A stretch of DNA of 63,757 nt, the filler included, from Licmophora abbreviata (taxonomy: Eukaryota): assembly GCA_900291995.1 (NCBI GenBank). It is 11 parts of 11 records of this genome, joined end to end, with 100 filler letters (N's around TTAATTAATTAA, not from the genome) between each part and the next. Parts side by side here need not be neighbours in the genome. Positions count along the whole stretch, not along the records: positions 32,828 to 36,233 come from OLMU01001490.1; positions 36,334 to 42,846 come from OLMU01001491.1; positions 42,947 to 53,948 come from OLMU01001492.1; 8 more parts are not named here. One strand, 5' to 3'. The notes under the pieces were generated by a model that did no database searches, was not told where the DNA came from, and was given only the letters and a program-made list of their open reading frames with translations. A program made the translations under genes and the position numbers. This document shows positions 34,036-44,966 of the stretch, in pieces (position 1 is the stretch's first letter; the number at the start of each line of letters is the position of its first letter).

Positions 34036-36216
34036 CTATTCGTGCCAGTGCTGCTGGCACCAAGTCAGAAGAGCGTTGTCGTCGTCTTCGCTGCCGACGA
34101 TATGATCGCTGTTGTTTCCGCACTGCTCGTTGCACATCCCTTTCACGTGCCACGCTAGGCACCGAGTCTGTCCATCGGATCGTTTCGGAATCGTGACGCG
34201 TTCTGTCGTGAGTCTCTGGCGGAGGTCTCTGACCTTGATTGCAATGGACTTGTAAGGCTGGAACATGCTCTTCCAACCCAGATTATTCACACGAATGTTC
34301 GGCTCCGAATCGGGGGCACCAGCACTTCGAGAAGCGGGGGCGCTGGTGGCTGGAGGTGGAACGGCGGGTGTCGGAGGAGGGTCCGAGGCCGGAATGAAAC
34401 CGGGAGGGAACGTCGGGAGCCAGTACTCATTGAATCGAATCTTCCGGAAGATTTCGCCGTACGCTGGGGCTGGGATGATGGCCGGGGAGCGCAACTGCTC
34501 GTCGACCCACACACTGAAACGCAGCTGCATCCATCGAATAAAGTAAGCGGGAGCATGGGTGGTCGGAACGCCCGGGGGCATCGTCATCGTCTCCATCACA
34601 TGTTCGTTCGCACTATACGACACCAAGAGTTGCGTCATCGCTCGGGTGTGGCTGTGAGCCGCGCCAAAAGCAGTGGAGGACGCCACCAGCATGTTCTGGA
34701 GAGTGTATCGGACCTGAGACCAGGTCACGGGCAAGTCGGTCTTGTCGGCGGCAAGGAGGGCTTGTGCGTCCTGCAGGGACGGGTTAGCGTCGTGCTCGGA
34801 CACCATGGAGTGGGTCTCCACTAGGTGCCGGAGGACTTCCTGAGATCGGGGTGTACGGTAGGTAAAATGGAAATGATGGAGGCCGGTCTCCAGAACATTC
34901 TCGTCTTCCATGGCCCATGAAGCACTAGCGACTTTCTTTGCCATACTGGGAGTCACGATCACCTTGTGGCCGACGTTGAGGAGCTCCGACGATTCGTCCA
35001 TGTACTGTTGGATCACGACTCGTTCTTGGTTCTTGGGGGAGTTGGCGATCGCATCGTACAGGGGTGGCAGATTGGCGCTGGAGGCGCTCTGGCACAATCG
35101 CAGGATGCTCTGGAGGCGGGGCCCGTAGAACTGATCCGGAGTCTTGGTTTGGGTCTGGAGCCGGGCTAAACGCGCGTCGTCTTGACCTTTCGTCATTGCA
35201 GTCACCAAGTGTCGTCCGATCTGCCCGGCTACCTCGCGCATGCCTTGAGGCGGCTGGAGGGCTAGAGCCAAACCTGGAAGGTCCTTCATCAGGAGCTCCC
35301 ATCGATGGTGCAGGAGTACTTGATCTGCCAGTGGGACTGTAGGCATGGGTACTTCGAGGATGGAGGCGGCGTCGATCGCATTTCGCGTGAGGGCCACACG
35401 CAGCCAGGTGATTAGGGGCAAACAGGCATTCCGAGTCCCGTCAGCTGTCACTGCATCGACCAGACGCGTGAACGCCTCGGCAGGAGTCAAATCCTCTTCG
35501 AGGAACAGACTCACATATCGCGGAGGGACGTACATCGAACGTCTCGTTCGTACGACTTCGGTGCCGGCATCATTGTTCCCAAAAGGTCCGAGGAGCATGG
35601 GCATCGGCTGTGCAGCCATCTGCTGGATCGCTTGATCGACAGTTGGCACGCGGACGAGAGCTCCGGCTTGGTGGAAGTAGTCTTGGGGCCATTGGATGGT
35701 GACGGCCTGTTGATGTACCACATTTCCTTTCGTGGCGAAACCTTGGTCGTCCCACGGAGTCGCGGGAAGGCCGAGTCGGGCCGGGAAACGATACTGACGA
35801 TGGAACAGGATCACTTTACCAGGGTCCTGAGCTGGATCAGCAAGAGGGTCGCGGCACAGGAGGAGGAAAGCCATTGGCACATCGGCTGCCGCCGAGGTAT
35901 ACACTTGGTTCGCTAGGGCGGCGGGCTGAGTGGCAGCTGCGTTCACATTGTCGACTTGGAAAGTCTGCATAATCTGGTCGTACTGCCCCCTGAAGGGATC
36001 GTTCTGAACTGCGTCGTAGTACTCTCGGTAGTTCGTGAGACCCCCCATGGGGTTGGGTCCGACGGCAGCGACGGGCTGTGGGGCCTGGACAGGCGGAACA
36101 GCGTGTGGCTGGGGTTGGAAAGGAGGCACGTTCTGCGCGGGCGGAATCTGCGGCTGCTGCTGTGCAGGAGCGGCGGGTGGCCCAGCAGGAGGTGCTGGTT
36201 GGGCTTGACCGTTCAT
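34036..36216 (-). CDS. Retroelement ORF1 (gag-like), 726 aa, C-terminal CCCH finger
   Basis: Uninterrupted ORF; Pro/Gln/Ala N-terminus; ends CLAWHVKGMCNEQCGNNSDH (C-x8-C-x3-C-x5-H). Confidence 0.8.
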   Translation of the reverse strand: MNGQAQPAPPAGPPAAPAQQQPQIPPAQNVPPFQPQPHAVPPVQAPQPVAAVGPNPMGGLTNYREYYDAVQNDPFRGQYDQIMQTFQVDNVNAAATQPAALANQVYTSAAADVPMAFLLLCRDPLADPAQDPGKVILFHRQYRFPARLGLPATPWDDQGFATKGNVVHQQAVTIQWPQDYFHQAGALVRVPTVDQAIQQMAAQPMPMLLGPFGNNDAGTEVVRTRRSMYVPPRYVSLFLEEDLTPAEAFTRLVDAVTADGTRNACLPLITWLRVALTRNAIDAASILEVPMPTVPLADQVLLHHRWELLMKDLPGLALALQPPQGMREVAGQIGRHLVTAMTKGQDDARLARLQTQTKTPDQFYGPRLQSILRLCQSASSANLPPLYDAIANSPKNQERVVIQQYMDESSELLNVGHKVIVTPSMAKKVASASWAMEDENVLETGLHHFHFTYRTPRSQEVLRHLVETHSMVSEHDANPSLQDAQALLAADKTDLPVTWSQVRYTLQNMLVASSTAFGAAHSHTRAMTQLLVSYSANEHVMETMTMPPGVPTTHAPAYFIRWMQLRFSVWVDEQLRSPAIIPAPAYGEIFRKIRFNEYWLPTFPPGFIPASDPPPTPAVPPPATSAPASRSAGAPDSEPNIRVNNLGWKSMFQPYKSIAIKVRDLRQRLTTERVTIPKRSDGQTRCLAWHVKGMCNEQCGNNSDHIVGSEDDDNALLTWCQQHWHE

Positions 36217-36746
36217 GGTCGAGGCATTAAAAGNNNNNNNNNNNNNNNNNNNNNNNNNNNNNNNNNNNNNNNNNNNNTTAATTAATTAANNNNNNNNNNN
36301 NNNNNNNNNNNNNNNNNNNNNNNNNNNNNNNNNTGGAGTTTCCCGCCAAAGTAAGTCACATCAACCATCCGCGCCGGCAATTTGATGTGTTGCGTTGAAA
36401 AATAGTTCCGGGTCCTCCAAAATTGCGGGAAAATAACCAACATTATCAGAAACGTAGCTCTATTATAAACTTCAACGGAAACGTTTCCGTTGACGCATTG
36501 GATCGTGATCTTCTGGTTGTTCCCGCAACCCGCCATTTGACACTGCAGCACTGATGATTCCTGGTCCTGGAACATTTGTTTGCATGCCATGCCCCTTAGA
36601 ACGCCATTCCTGATCCCCTCTTGCCTTTATTATCTGAATTCTGCAGTTGAACTGCGAGAGAAAAGCATTGGTTGATCAGAAACTGTAGTGCCGCGAGAAT
36701 AGATTTCGAAATTTCGACTTGACTAGAATTTCGCCGTAAGCTCATC

Positions 36747-37987
36747 ATGAACAGCCCCGGCCCTGCCTACGAGCTTCATCGCAGCAGTGGGCCTCCCCAT
36801 CATCAACCTCCCAACTCTTCCAGTACGTACACGAGTGATGCGTCCCCTTACAGCGAATCTATGGACGACCAGAGCAGCTATGTAGCGGCCTCGAGCGTTA
36901 CCGCGGGCGCTGTGCGCTATCACGATGCCACGAAGGTCGTACATGAGATGCACTTGGCATTGCTCTATTTGCTGTCCCACCCAGACGAATTTCATAAGGC
37001 TCTGAAGACACATCCACCGAGGGGCGCCACTACGCTTGCTGACTGGAATGCCTCTTATGAAGACTCGCATGACGATGCTTCTGTAGCAGATTCCCAGACG
37101 CCGCTTCCGTTCGTCGTCTTTGCGGACGACGCAGAAGTCGTCTTGCCACAGGCTCATACCGCTAGCCAACTATTTGGAATCGAACGAGTGGAAGGAATTG
37201 AGCTGGAAGCAGCTGCAGGGGTTCCAGCGCTGTCACAACTATTTCTTAGATGGCTAGCGCTGATGCCTGGAGGAGATCACTTGAATATTATTGACCCTCC
37301 CGGCCTCACTGTCATGAGGATCGCTGGAGGACGATACCGTGTGACAGCCGCCCACCGGGTCGTTTGGACGTGAGTTTAACCATGATTTCTGATACTCTGC
37401 CGGGATGCAGATATTCAAACTCACCCGTACCTCACTTTGAGCATCATCCTTCTTCTTACAACAGTTGGATGAATGAATTTGGGGTGCTGAGTGACGTTGC
37501 TGGGAACGAAGATGGAGAAAAGACCACGCTGCAGGTTGGCGACTTGGCTACCATGACGATTGTCGATGTATTCGAAACTGACAATAACGGCAAGCTGCTA
37601 TCCTACTGCCCTACTTTTGACAACCGTGATATTCGGAAAACGCACCAAGCCTCGGAAAGTATTCGCAAAGGCTCGTCCAAATTCATGGGGCAGTTATCAG
37701 CGGCAGCCAAATCTCCAGCCGCAAAGAAGGTTAACCAGGCGGCAGCACATATGACTCGAATGAGTATCCACGCTGCCAAGAGCGTTGCCGGCTCAGTGAA
37801 GGGCAGGATTGATGAGCAATTAAAGACAAATCGAAGTCCACCGCGAGGCGGTTCAGAAGGACTGGTTGATGCAAAAGGGTTTGAAGAGGCGCTGAACGAG
37901 GCCGAAGCTGCGGCAACCAATACAGCCACAGCATCGGCGCAATTTGATCGAGATCTACATCTTAACGGCAATTCAGGAGGCCTATGA
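36747..37987 (+). CDS. Uncharacterised protein, possible NTF2/SnoaL-like core; intron 37370-37464
   Basis: Two ORFs join in frame over a GT-AG intron (HRVVWT|WMNEF); TIVDVFETDNNGKLLSYCPTFDNR. Fold call tentative. Confidence 0.7.
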
Positions 37988-38126
37988 GAGCGAGCGACCA
38001 TTGCTTCAGTGTTGCTTTCGGCGACATCGTACCTATTTGTATACACGAGACCAATTATTATTCGTTAACTCAATCGTATCTGCACAGACTTCTACTAGCC
38101 TAAACCCCACAGAGCTCCCGTAAAAC

Positions 38127-39395
38127 CTACATTAACGCCAACGCAACACCCAAGACGGCAGAAACTCCATAGAAGACAACAAGCTCGCACATGTCTGCCC
38201 TCGACGAGGACGTAGGTGGGCTGGTGGGCGGCTCCGTCGGGGGAACCGTAACGACCTCCTCAAAGGTGGCAAATCCACGAAGGATTGGATCTTCACTAAG
38301 CGATACCATGTACGCGTCCGTAACGTACTCAGCCGTGACGGGGAGAGCGGACAAAACTCCGTTGTCTAGAAGGAACTGCGCCACACCGTCAAACCATGTG
38401 TCGACAATGGATGGGGCACCATCGACGCGTTTCATTAGATCAAGCTGCTGGTCAAGACCAAACAACGGGCGCTGGTTGATCTCCTGTTCCATGGCAGCCA
38501 TTGAAATCGACACGTTGAAGCTCCCGTAAAACGCCTCCATGTACGCAAGGACCTGGTCGCGGTTGGCGGGGCTCTTCACAAATTCAATGCCCCGCATCCA
38601 GGCTGCCAACGCCTTGCTTGTTGTTGCATTGCCACCCTCAGTCTGGATGAACTCACGTCGGATCATAATTCCACCTGGGACGGTAGCATCAGCCGTGGCC
38701 CCTGAGCATATAACCTCGCTACCTGAATTGTTCTCGAGGAAAAGGTAGAGGTTCGGCGCCCAGAGGCCACCGTACTCAGTGGTGCCATCTGTCAGGGCTT
38801 GGAGGACCCCTGACTGCTGTGTGAAGACGAAGCTAGCGTCCTGCGGGTCAAAGCCCTCCTCAAATAGACAGGCTTCAACGGCGTATTGGCCAGTAGAGTT
38901 TGGCGTGACGGCAATAGGCGCAGCGTCAATCAGACTCGGAGGCCATTGGGCCACTCCGACCGCGTTGGCGACAAGAGCGTTGGTAGCACTTTCATCGTTG
39001 CTAATACCAATAGTATCGATGCCTTGAAGGCCGCCGATAATGTTGGGAACGATTCCGGCTGCACCAAGATCCCAAGCGGCATTTTCCACAGCGGCTGCGA
39101 CTTGAGGAGCACCCGAGGGGTACTATCGTATGACGCGGCGTATTTTTGAATGACATAATAATGCGTGAGTGCCTGGAGAGCTACCCAAGCCAAAATGCGA
39201 AAAGGTAATGCTTACCACAACAAACGTCACATCAAGATCTTGTTCTGTAAAGTATCCCTCCTCCTTGGCTACGAAAAGAGGAAGTGCCCAATACACAGGA
39301 CCCTGATGGCTGATGGTGATTGGAATCAGCGCCACCGCCATGCCAGGCCAGAGGCTCACCAGGAGCGAAGATAGAACATTCGAGGAGATCTTCAT
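38127..39395 (-). CDS. SsuA/TauA/THI5(NMT1)-like solute-binding protein with signal peptide and GPI-like tail; intron 39123-39215
   Basis: YWALPLFVAKEEGYFTEQDLDVTFVV|YPSGAPQVAAA..WDLGAAGIVP; GLWAPN; LAAWMRGIEF; PPTEPPTSPPTS stalk then hydrophobic end. Confidence 0.85.
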
Positions 39396-39824
39396 TTTTG
39401 TTCAGCAAACACTGCACGAGACGAGGCACCGGTTGTATCTTTGTACGAGTATACGAGACGAGTATGCTTCGTATGACTCTCGACATCTTCAATTTTGGAT
39501 GACCCAATTGAATCGTACTGGTAGTTAGGATTCTGGCGCATTTTACATTTTACATCTTGACGCGTGTTTGGATTTGGAAGGTCCTTTCTGTCTTTCTGAC
39601 CATATTAATTGGGACTGTACATCTCCACCTGCATAAAAACAATAGGGTAATATAAATTAGTACCTGTGTAATGCATTTAATTATAATATAGTTACGGAGA
39701 CATTCTATGGGCGCTGGTGCGACAAGCCTTCTTTAACGAGCTGACGCTTTCGACGAAGTCACCCTGCCACCTCACACCTCATCGCACACAGGTGTTATCG
39801 GTCCGGTTCGTCCACATCGCCACC

Positions 39825-40657
39825 ATGAACAGAAGCAGCAGCAGCCACTGGAAACGCGTCGGAGACGCCGTACATCTGGCGAACCTGGCCAATGCAGTGT
39901 TCTTCGCCTATTCGGTAGTACAGGAACATTCCTGGTTCGATGCTGTTTGGAAAAAGGATGGCTTTTGCGTTGCCAACCCAGAAACACCATTCTGGACATC
40001 GCACGACCTTTGCCTGTACGCCGATGTCATTCTGGCTGCGGTAGTAGGTCTTCTTTACTTAGCTCTTCGTAAACAGCCAGGTATGGCATTGCAAGCGAGC
40101 TGGTGAAGGTTAACATCGGGGGAATAATTGGTCATGGTGTAGGCCATGCCGGAATTGCCAAGGGCATGCGAGATGGTGTGGCAGCGAGTGCGGGTACCGG
40201 ATGGGAGAGCATGCAAGGGCTTCCCATGACAGAGATACTGATGCAATCTGTTCCATTTCTCATCTTTTGGGTATTCCTGTTGAAAGCGGCAATGCCTAAG
40301 ACATCGTACTCAGTTGTAGGCGTGTGGTCTGCTCTGAGCGCCGGGTTTGGGTTGCTTGTTCCAAACAAGTTTGGTTTCACCTATGTTCAGACCGTCCTTT
40401 TTGCTGCTTTTGATATAAATGAGCTTTTGAAGCCGCGTGAAGATAAAGGATTCGAGTATGCCGTCTACCCAATGTTTGTGGGGCTGCCCTTAGCTGCCAT
40501 CGCGTGGGTCGAAAGCACGCAATGCTCAAGGGGCCTCATGGATCTCGGTGGACACGTCGTTTACGATGCTTACATTCCAATCTCAATTATTGCATTTTAT
40601 ATGACATGTTGGATACGAAGCAACACGAGAATTCGACGCAGCAAGAAGATGGCATAA
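39825..40657 (+). CDS. Multi-pass membrane protein with His motifs; apparent 1-bp frameshift near 40088
   Basis: Two hydrophobic ORFs joined by a -1 shift (KQPGM-x-IASELVKVNIGG); SHDLC, GHGVGH, GGHVVYD. Confidence 0.65.
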
Positions 40658-41050
40658 AAGCAAGTACGAAATCCCTGCCTTAACCTCTTCTGCTGTCGAT
40701 CCGATTTGAGCGCAATTGTATCGAGACGGGCAGGCAGGCAGCCACTGTATCTCTTTACTAGAGAGCTGCAACCTACAGTAGCTTGGCTGCTCAATCATTG
40801 CGGAACTCAATCTCGTAAAGTTGTCCATCAACGCTCAGCCTAGCAACAGTTTGAGCTAGTCTATCTTGTGAGACGACATGTCGTTGTTGTTGCCGCATTG
40901 TTATCCTCCGTTGAAGACGGAGGGATGAACAGACCGTCATCTCTGATGCCAAGAAAAACAGAAGCGCCATTCGCCAACACGCCATCATCACCCATCACAC
41001 TTTTCATTCGTCACACTACCATCATCAGTATCTTGCAGTTGACCGCAACG

Positions 41051-42001
41051 ATGATTGCTACTAATCCAAGGATTGGGATCCTTCTCATCTTCATCTGCTC
41101 TACAAAGGGTTTCTCAACTGATGTGAGCCGTCGAGATGTGGTGATCGGCGGCGTCCTTGCCGGGTTGATTGGAGTTGATCCTGCGGCTGCTGCCAATCCA
41201 TCGCCCATTGCAGTGATCGGTGCCAGCGGACGGACGGGGTCTCTCTGCGTGACATCATGTCTTCAACGAGGCATTCCTGTTCGGGCCCTCACTCGAACTG
41301 GATCGTGGAACGGCGACGACAGCAGCAGCAACACTAGTAATTTGCTGACCGTCGCTGCATGTGATGCCAAGGATCCCTCAGCACTCGCGGCCGGCGTGGC
41401 CGGTTGTCGCGCTGTGATCTATGCCGCATCGGCAAGCAAGAAAGGTGGGAATGCCAAGGAGATCGATAATATCGGTGTGGTGGCGGCTGGTGACGCCTGT
41501 TTGAGCAACAAAATCGGTCGGTATGTCATCATTTCTTCGACTGCCGTCACTCGGCCCAAAAGCCTCGGATACAAGTTTACCAATGTGCTAGGAGGAATTA
41601 TGGACGAGAAGAGAAACGGAGAGACTGGAGTCATTGCGGCCTACAATGGCATCTCACCATCCACGGTGTCCTATGCTATCATAAGGCCGGGCGGACTGGA
41701 CGAACCCAAGAAGAATGTTGTACTTGGCGCGCCTGCGCTCGAGATATCGCAGGGCGATGCCCTTGCAGGCATCATAAGTCGGGCAGACCTGGCGGAGGTA
41801 TCTGTCGAAGTTGCGCTTTCGAATGCGCCTAACCTTCGAAATGCGGCTTTCGAGCTTTATTACACGAACTCGGCGCAGCCATGCGAGGGACGTTTCAAGG
41901 AGCTTCTCAACAGTGGCGAGGTGTCGCGGTGCCACGGAGATTCTTACACCGCCCTTTTTGGTGGTATCAAGCCTGATGGGGAATACTTTGTTCCGGCCTA
42001 G
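41051..42001 (+). CDS. NAD(P)-binding Rossmann protein (Tic62/atypical SDR-like), plastid-targeted
   Basis: VIGASGRTG, VIYAAS, IIRPGGL, ISRADLAEV; presequence TKG-F then SRRDVV..AAAA. Confidence 0.88.
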   Translation: MIATNPRIGILLIFICSTKGFSTDVSRRDVVIGGVLAGLIGVDPAAAANPSPIAVIGASGRTGSLCVTSCLQRGIPVRALTRTGSWNGDDSSSNTSNLLTVAACDAKDPSALAAGVAGCRAVIYAASASKKGGNAKEIDNIGVVAAGDACLSNKIGRYVIISSTAVTRPKSLGYKFTNVLGGIMDEKRNGETGVIAAYNGISPSTVSYAIIRPGGLDEPKKNVVLGAPALEISQGDALAGIISRADLAEVSVEVALSNAPNLRNAAFELYYTNSAQPCEGRFKELLNSGEVSRCHGDSYTALFGGIKPDGEYFVPA

Positions 42002-42293
42002 AGTATGTTGACTAGAAAGAGGGATGAATCATGAATTAGCTAGTATGACAAGTTCCAGCAGAGGACAACATCAAACAACCAGAAAACCCGGAGAAACGGA
42101 GAAACGAGAAACGGCATGCAGTCGCGTGACATAGTCGAGTGAGTCGAGTCGAGTCACTGGCGTTTTTGGTTTTTTTGTGTTTTTGTGGATGGAGGATGGC
42201 AGACACAACGATCCGACGCGTGTCACTGTCATCAAGCTTGCTGTCCTGCACGCCCATCGTCTCTTCATCCCAGTTCCTGTTCCACCAGCTGAA

Positions 42294-43136
42294 ATGTTAG
42301 TGAGAAGATTGCAGATCCCGCTTTTTTGGCGTCAATACTCCTCATTTCGACTGCCTCAGCCTCGAGCCCTCTTCTGCGGATTCCGGTATGGAAGTCGACT
42401 ATGAGCACGGCGGTGCGTGGTCCAGGCCGCGCTTCCTACTCAAGACGGAGTGGTCCCACTGGAACAATCAGTGTGTCGCGAAATAAAAATAAGGAACGAG
42501 TGCAGCCTACTTTGGAGGCGCGGAACCCCGAAATACCTTCAATTCAAGATCTCGGGCTGGTCGGCAAGATCTTTGTGGGGTCCATACAAATTGTCCTGAC
42601 GACCGGAATCGAGTATGCGACTGGTTTTCTCGGAGGTTTTGTTTTGGGTGGCATCGTAGGCGCTCCCGGCATGTTCACTCCTGCTGGCCCTGCTCCAGTT
42701 CCGAACGAGCTGGCTCAGCGTTTGGCACGGTGGAATGGCAAGGCTCTACGGTGGGGCAGCACTTGGGCTCCTATTTCAGCGGTATACGGCGGTTGCGATG
42801 CAGCTGTCCGTGTGGCAAGGGGCAACGTGAAGGATCAATGGAATACNNNNNNNNNNNNNNNNNNNNNNNNNNNNNNNNNNNNNNNNNNNNTTAATTAATT
42901 AANNNNNNNNNNNNNNNNNNNNNNNNNNNNNNNNNNNNNNNNNNNNCGTGAAGGATCAATGGAATACGATATTGAGCAGTGCTGCTGCCGGTGCCTACTT
43001 CAATCGAAAAGGTGGTCCGCAGGCCATGCTACAAGGCGCAGCAATCTACGGGGGCCTCACGTATATCTTGTCTGGAGGAATGACGCCAAGTCGGAATAGG
43101 CAGTTCGGATATGAGGAAGAAGCCGTAGAATTTTGA
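42294..43136 (+). CDS. Tim17/Tim22/PRAT-family membrane protein (spans false gap; 5' end needs one extra T at 42322-42327, else start 42401)
   Basis: GFLGGFVLGGIVG; WAPISAVYGGCD..RGNVKDQWNTILSSAAAGA; 21-bp overlap across the gap (42826-42846 = 42947-42967). Confidence 0.8.
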
Positions 43137-43660
43137 AACGGATGCAACTTACTGTAGACTCCTATCAAGAAAGAGAAACGGCACCGACGTAGTGCACGTG
43201 ATTCATGCCCTCAGCTACTGGTAATTAGAAATCTGTATGAGAGAGCTAGATACTGTCCAACTGGCATACCAATCTACAAGGTGTGCCGATAGCTCTCTAC
43301 CTCTCTACGAAGAAGGTTGGCTGTATAGTGCACCGTTGCTTGGCTGTATCTGTATTCACAGTATGCCCCTAGTGTATAAAGCCGATGAGAAAAAACCTGC
43401 AAGCAGCATTTACCGTTGTTGGTTTTGTTTGTGTCTGACAACGTCAGCACTTTGAGCTTCCAGAACCCATCATACGCGCACCTCTTGTAATGTCCTACGT
43501 ACCTGGTACGAGTACAACCGGTACAGGGACGTGCGACCGCGCGAAAGCCAAGAGCGATGCTGACGATACAAGGTGAAACACAAACAAAAGCAAACTGCCC
43601 AACACCAGCCGACAATGTGCTGGTACCGCCATTGAACTCCCATAGAACAACGCCAAGATC

Positions 43661-44759
43661 ATGAAAGCACCTCTCACAGCACCGCACATGGGACCATCAA
43701 AGGACGACAAGCCTCCTGTCGAAAAACTGCTGGACCCCCCTTCCATGTTGGCGCGCTACACGTGCGCCTCAATTCTCGTCGGCATTTTCGCCATATTTGG
43801 TCAGCTTGCCTTTGTCGGAGAGTCGCAGGCACCGGCAGTAGGCCAGGAAATGCACAGTTATCGTATCCCACTCGTGCTGACGATCGGATATGTTGTTAGT
43901 CTGCCTTTACTACGGCTGCTCACTGAGAAATATCTCTCCAAGGTGGTCGATGCGAAGCTCCTGCTGACCGAGTCCATGATCATTTACAACATTGGTCAGG
44001 TTCTCCTCAACGCTTGGATGGTGTATCGGTTTATCCACGCCCTACTCTTCCGGGGGCATCCCATCGTGGGGGACATTCACACAGTAAACTCGGGGGCTAC
44101 TTACGCTGTCTGGGTACATTACTGCGACAAGTACCTTGAGTTTTTCGACACCTACTTCATGGTTCTGCGCGGCAAGACGGACCAGGTAAGCCGGACATTT
44201 TACTGAAAGAAAGTCGGGCTGTGCACCTCACGCGTCAGTAGATGCTCACCACGATGGAGGTTTTCGTTGTCTTTAGGTCTCATTTCTCCACATTTACCAT
44301 CATGCGACGATCGCATGGGCTTGGTGGGCTGGCATGACCCTTTGGCCAGGAGGCGACGCCTACTTTGGGGCGCTACTCAACTCGTGGATTCACGTCATGA
44401 TGTATTCATACTATGCTTTGAGTCTCCTCAAGATTCGATGTCCATGGAAAAAGTATTTGACAATGGCTCAGCTCGTTCAGTTTACAACTGTGTTGCTCTA
44501 CTCGGGATGGAGCATCCTCTGTCTGCCGCAAGACGGCAACTGGAGGCACTATTTGGCATTTGGAATCCAGGACGCAGAGATGATCAGCCTCTTCATGTTG
44601 TTTCTACATTTTTACAAAAAGACATACAGCAAGAAAAAGGCTACTCAAAAAGAGTTGAGGAGTGTTGATAGCGTCTCGACCTCAGATTCAGTGGCCGAGC
44701 AGCTCTCGGTGTCGTCGGTGAGCACGGCAGACGTTGGAGAATCGCCGACAAAAAATTAG
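43661..44759 (+). CDS. PUFA elongase (ELO family, delta-5/C20-elongase-like); intron 44186-44276
   Basis: HYCDKYLEFFDTYFMVLRGK..Q|VSFLHIYHH, NSWIHVMMYSYY, LTMAQLVQF. Confidence 0.93.
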
Positions 44760-44966
44760 GCCGTCGTCGGGAAAAATGTGAAACATTCGGAGGCTTTGAG
44801 AAGTGCTGAATGGCTACGAGTGCACGTTTCACCACTTTGAATAGAAACAGAAACAAGCTTAGCCAAGCTCAGCCACTACTTGGGTACTTTAGATATGCTA
44901 TATCTCATCACGTAGGTGCGCGAGTCTCGTGGTTGCAGTGCCAATGTATATGATATGGTACGATCA

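Larger units (their letters stand above)
32828..36233 (-). mobile_element. DIRS/Ngaro-like (tyrosine-recombinase class) retrotransposon, partial and degenerate
   Basis: GC-richer, intronless contig bounded by gaps; gag-like ORF followed by RT, no protease seen between them. RNase H and recombinase are not visible (cut by gap), so the class rests on RT motif style. Confidence 0.8.

Noticed and set aside
33887..34276. Alternate-frame ORF over the gag/RT junction as a recombinase or extra gene
   Set aside because: Short, Arg-rich and lacking the R-H-R-Y recombinase residues.
37988..38126. TPP riboswitch next to the THI5-like gene
   Set aside because: No CUGAGA or other TPP aptamer core seen in the 3' region or the intron.
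40104..40106. TGA as selenocysteine or readthrough codon in the membrane protein
   Set aside because: The downstream coding region is in a different frame, so readthrough would not join them.
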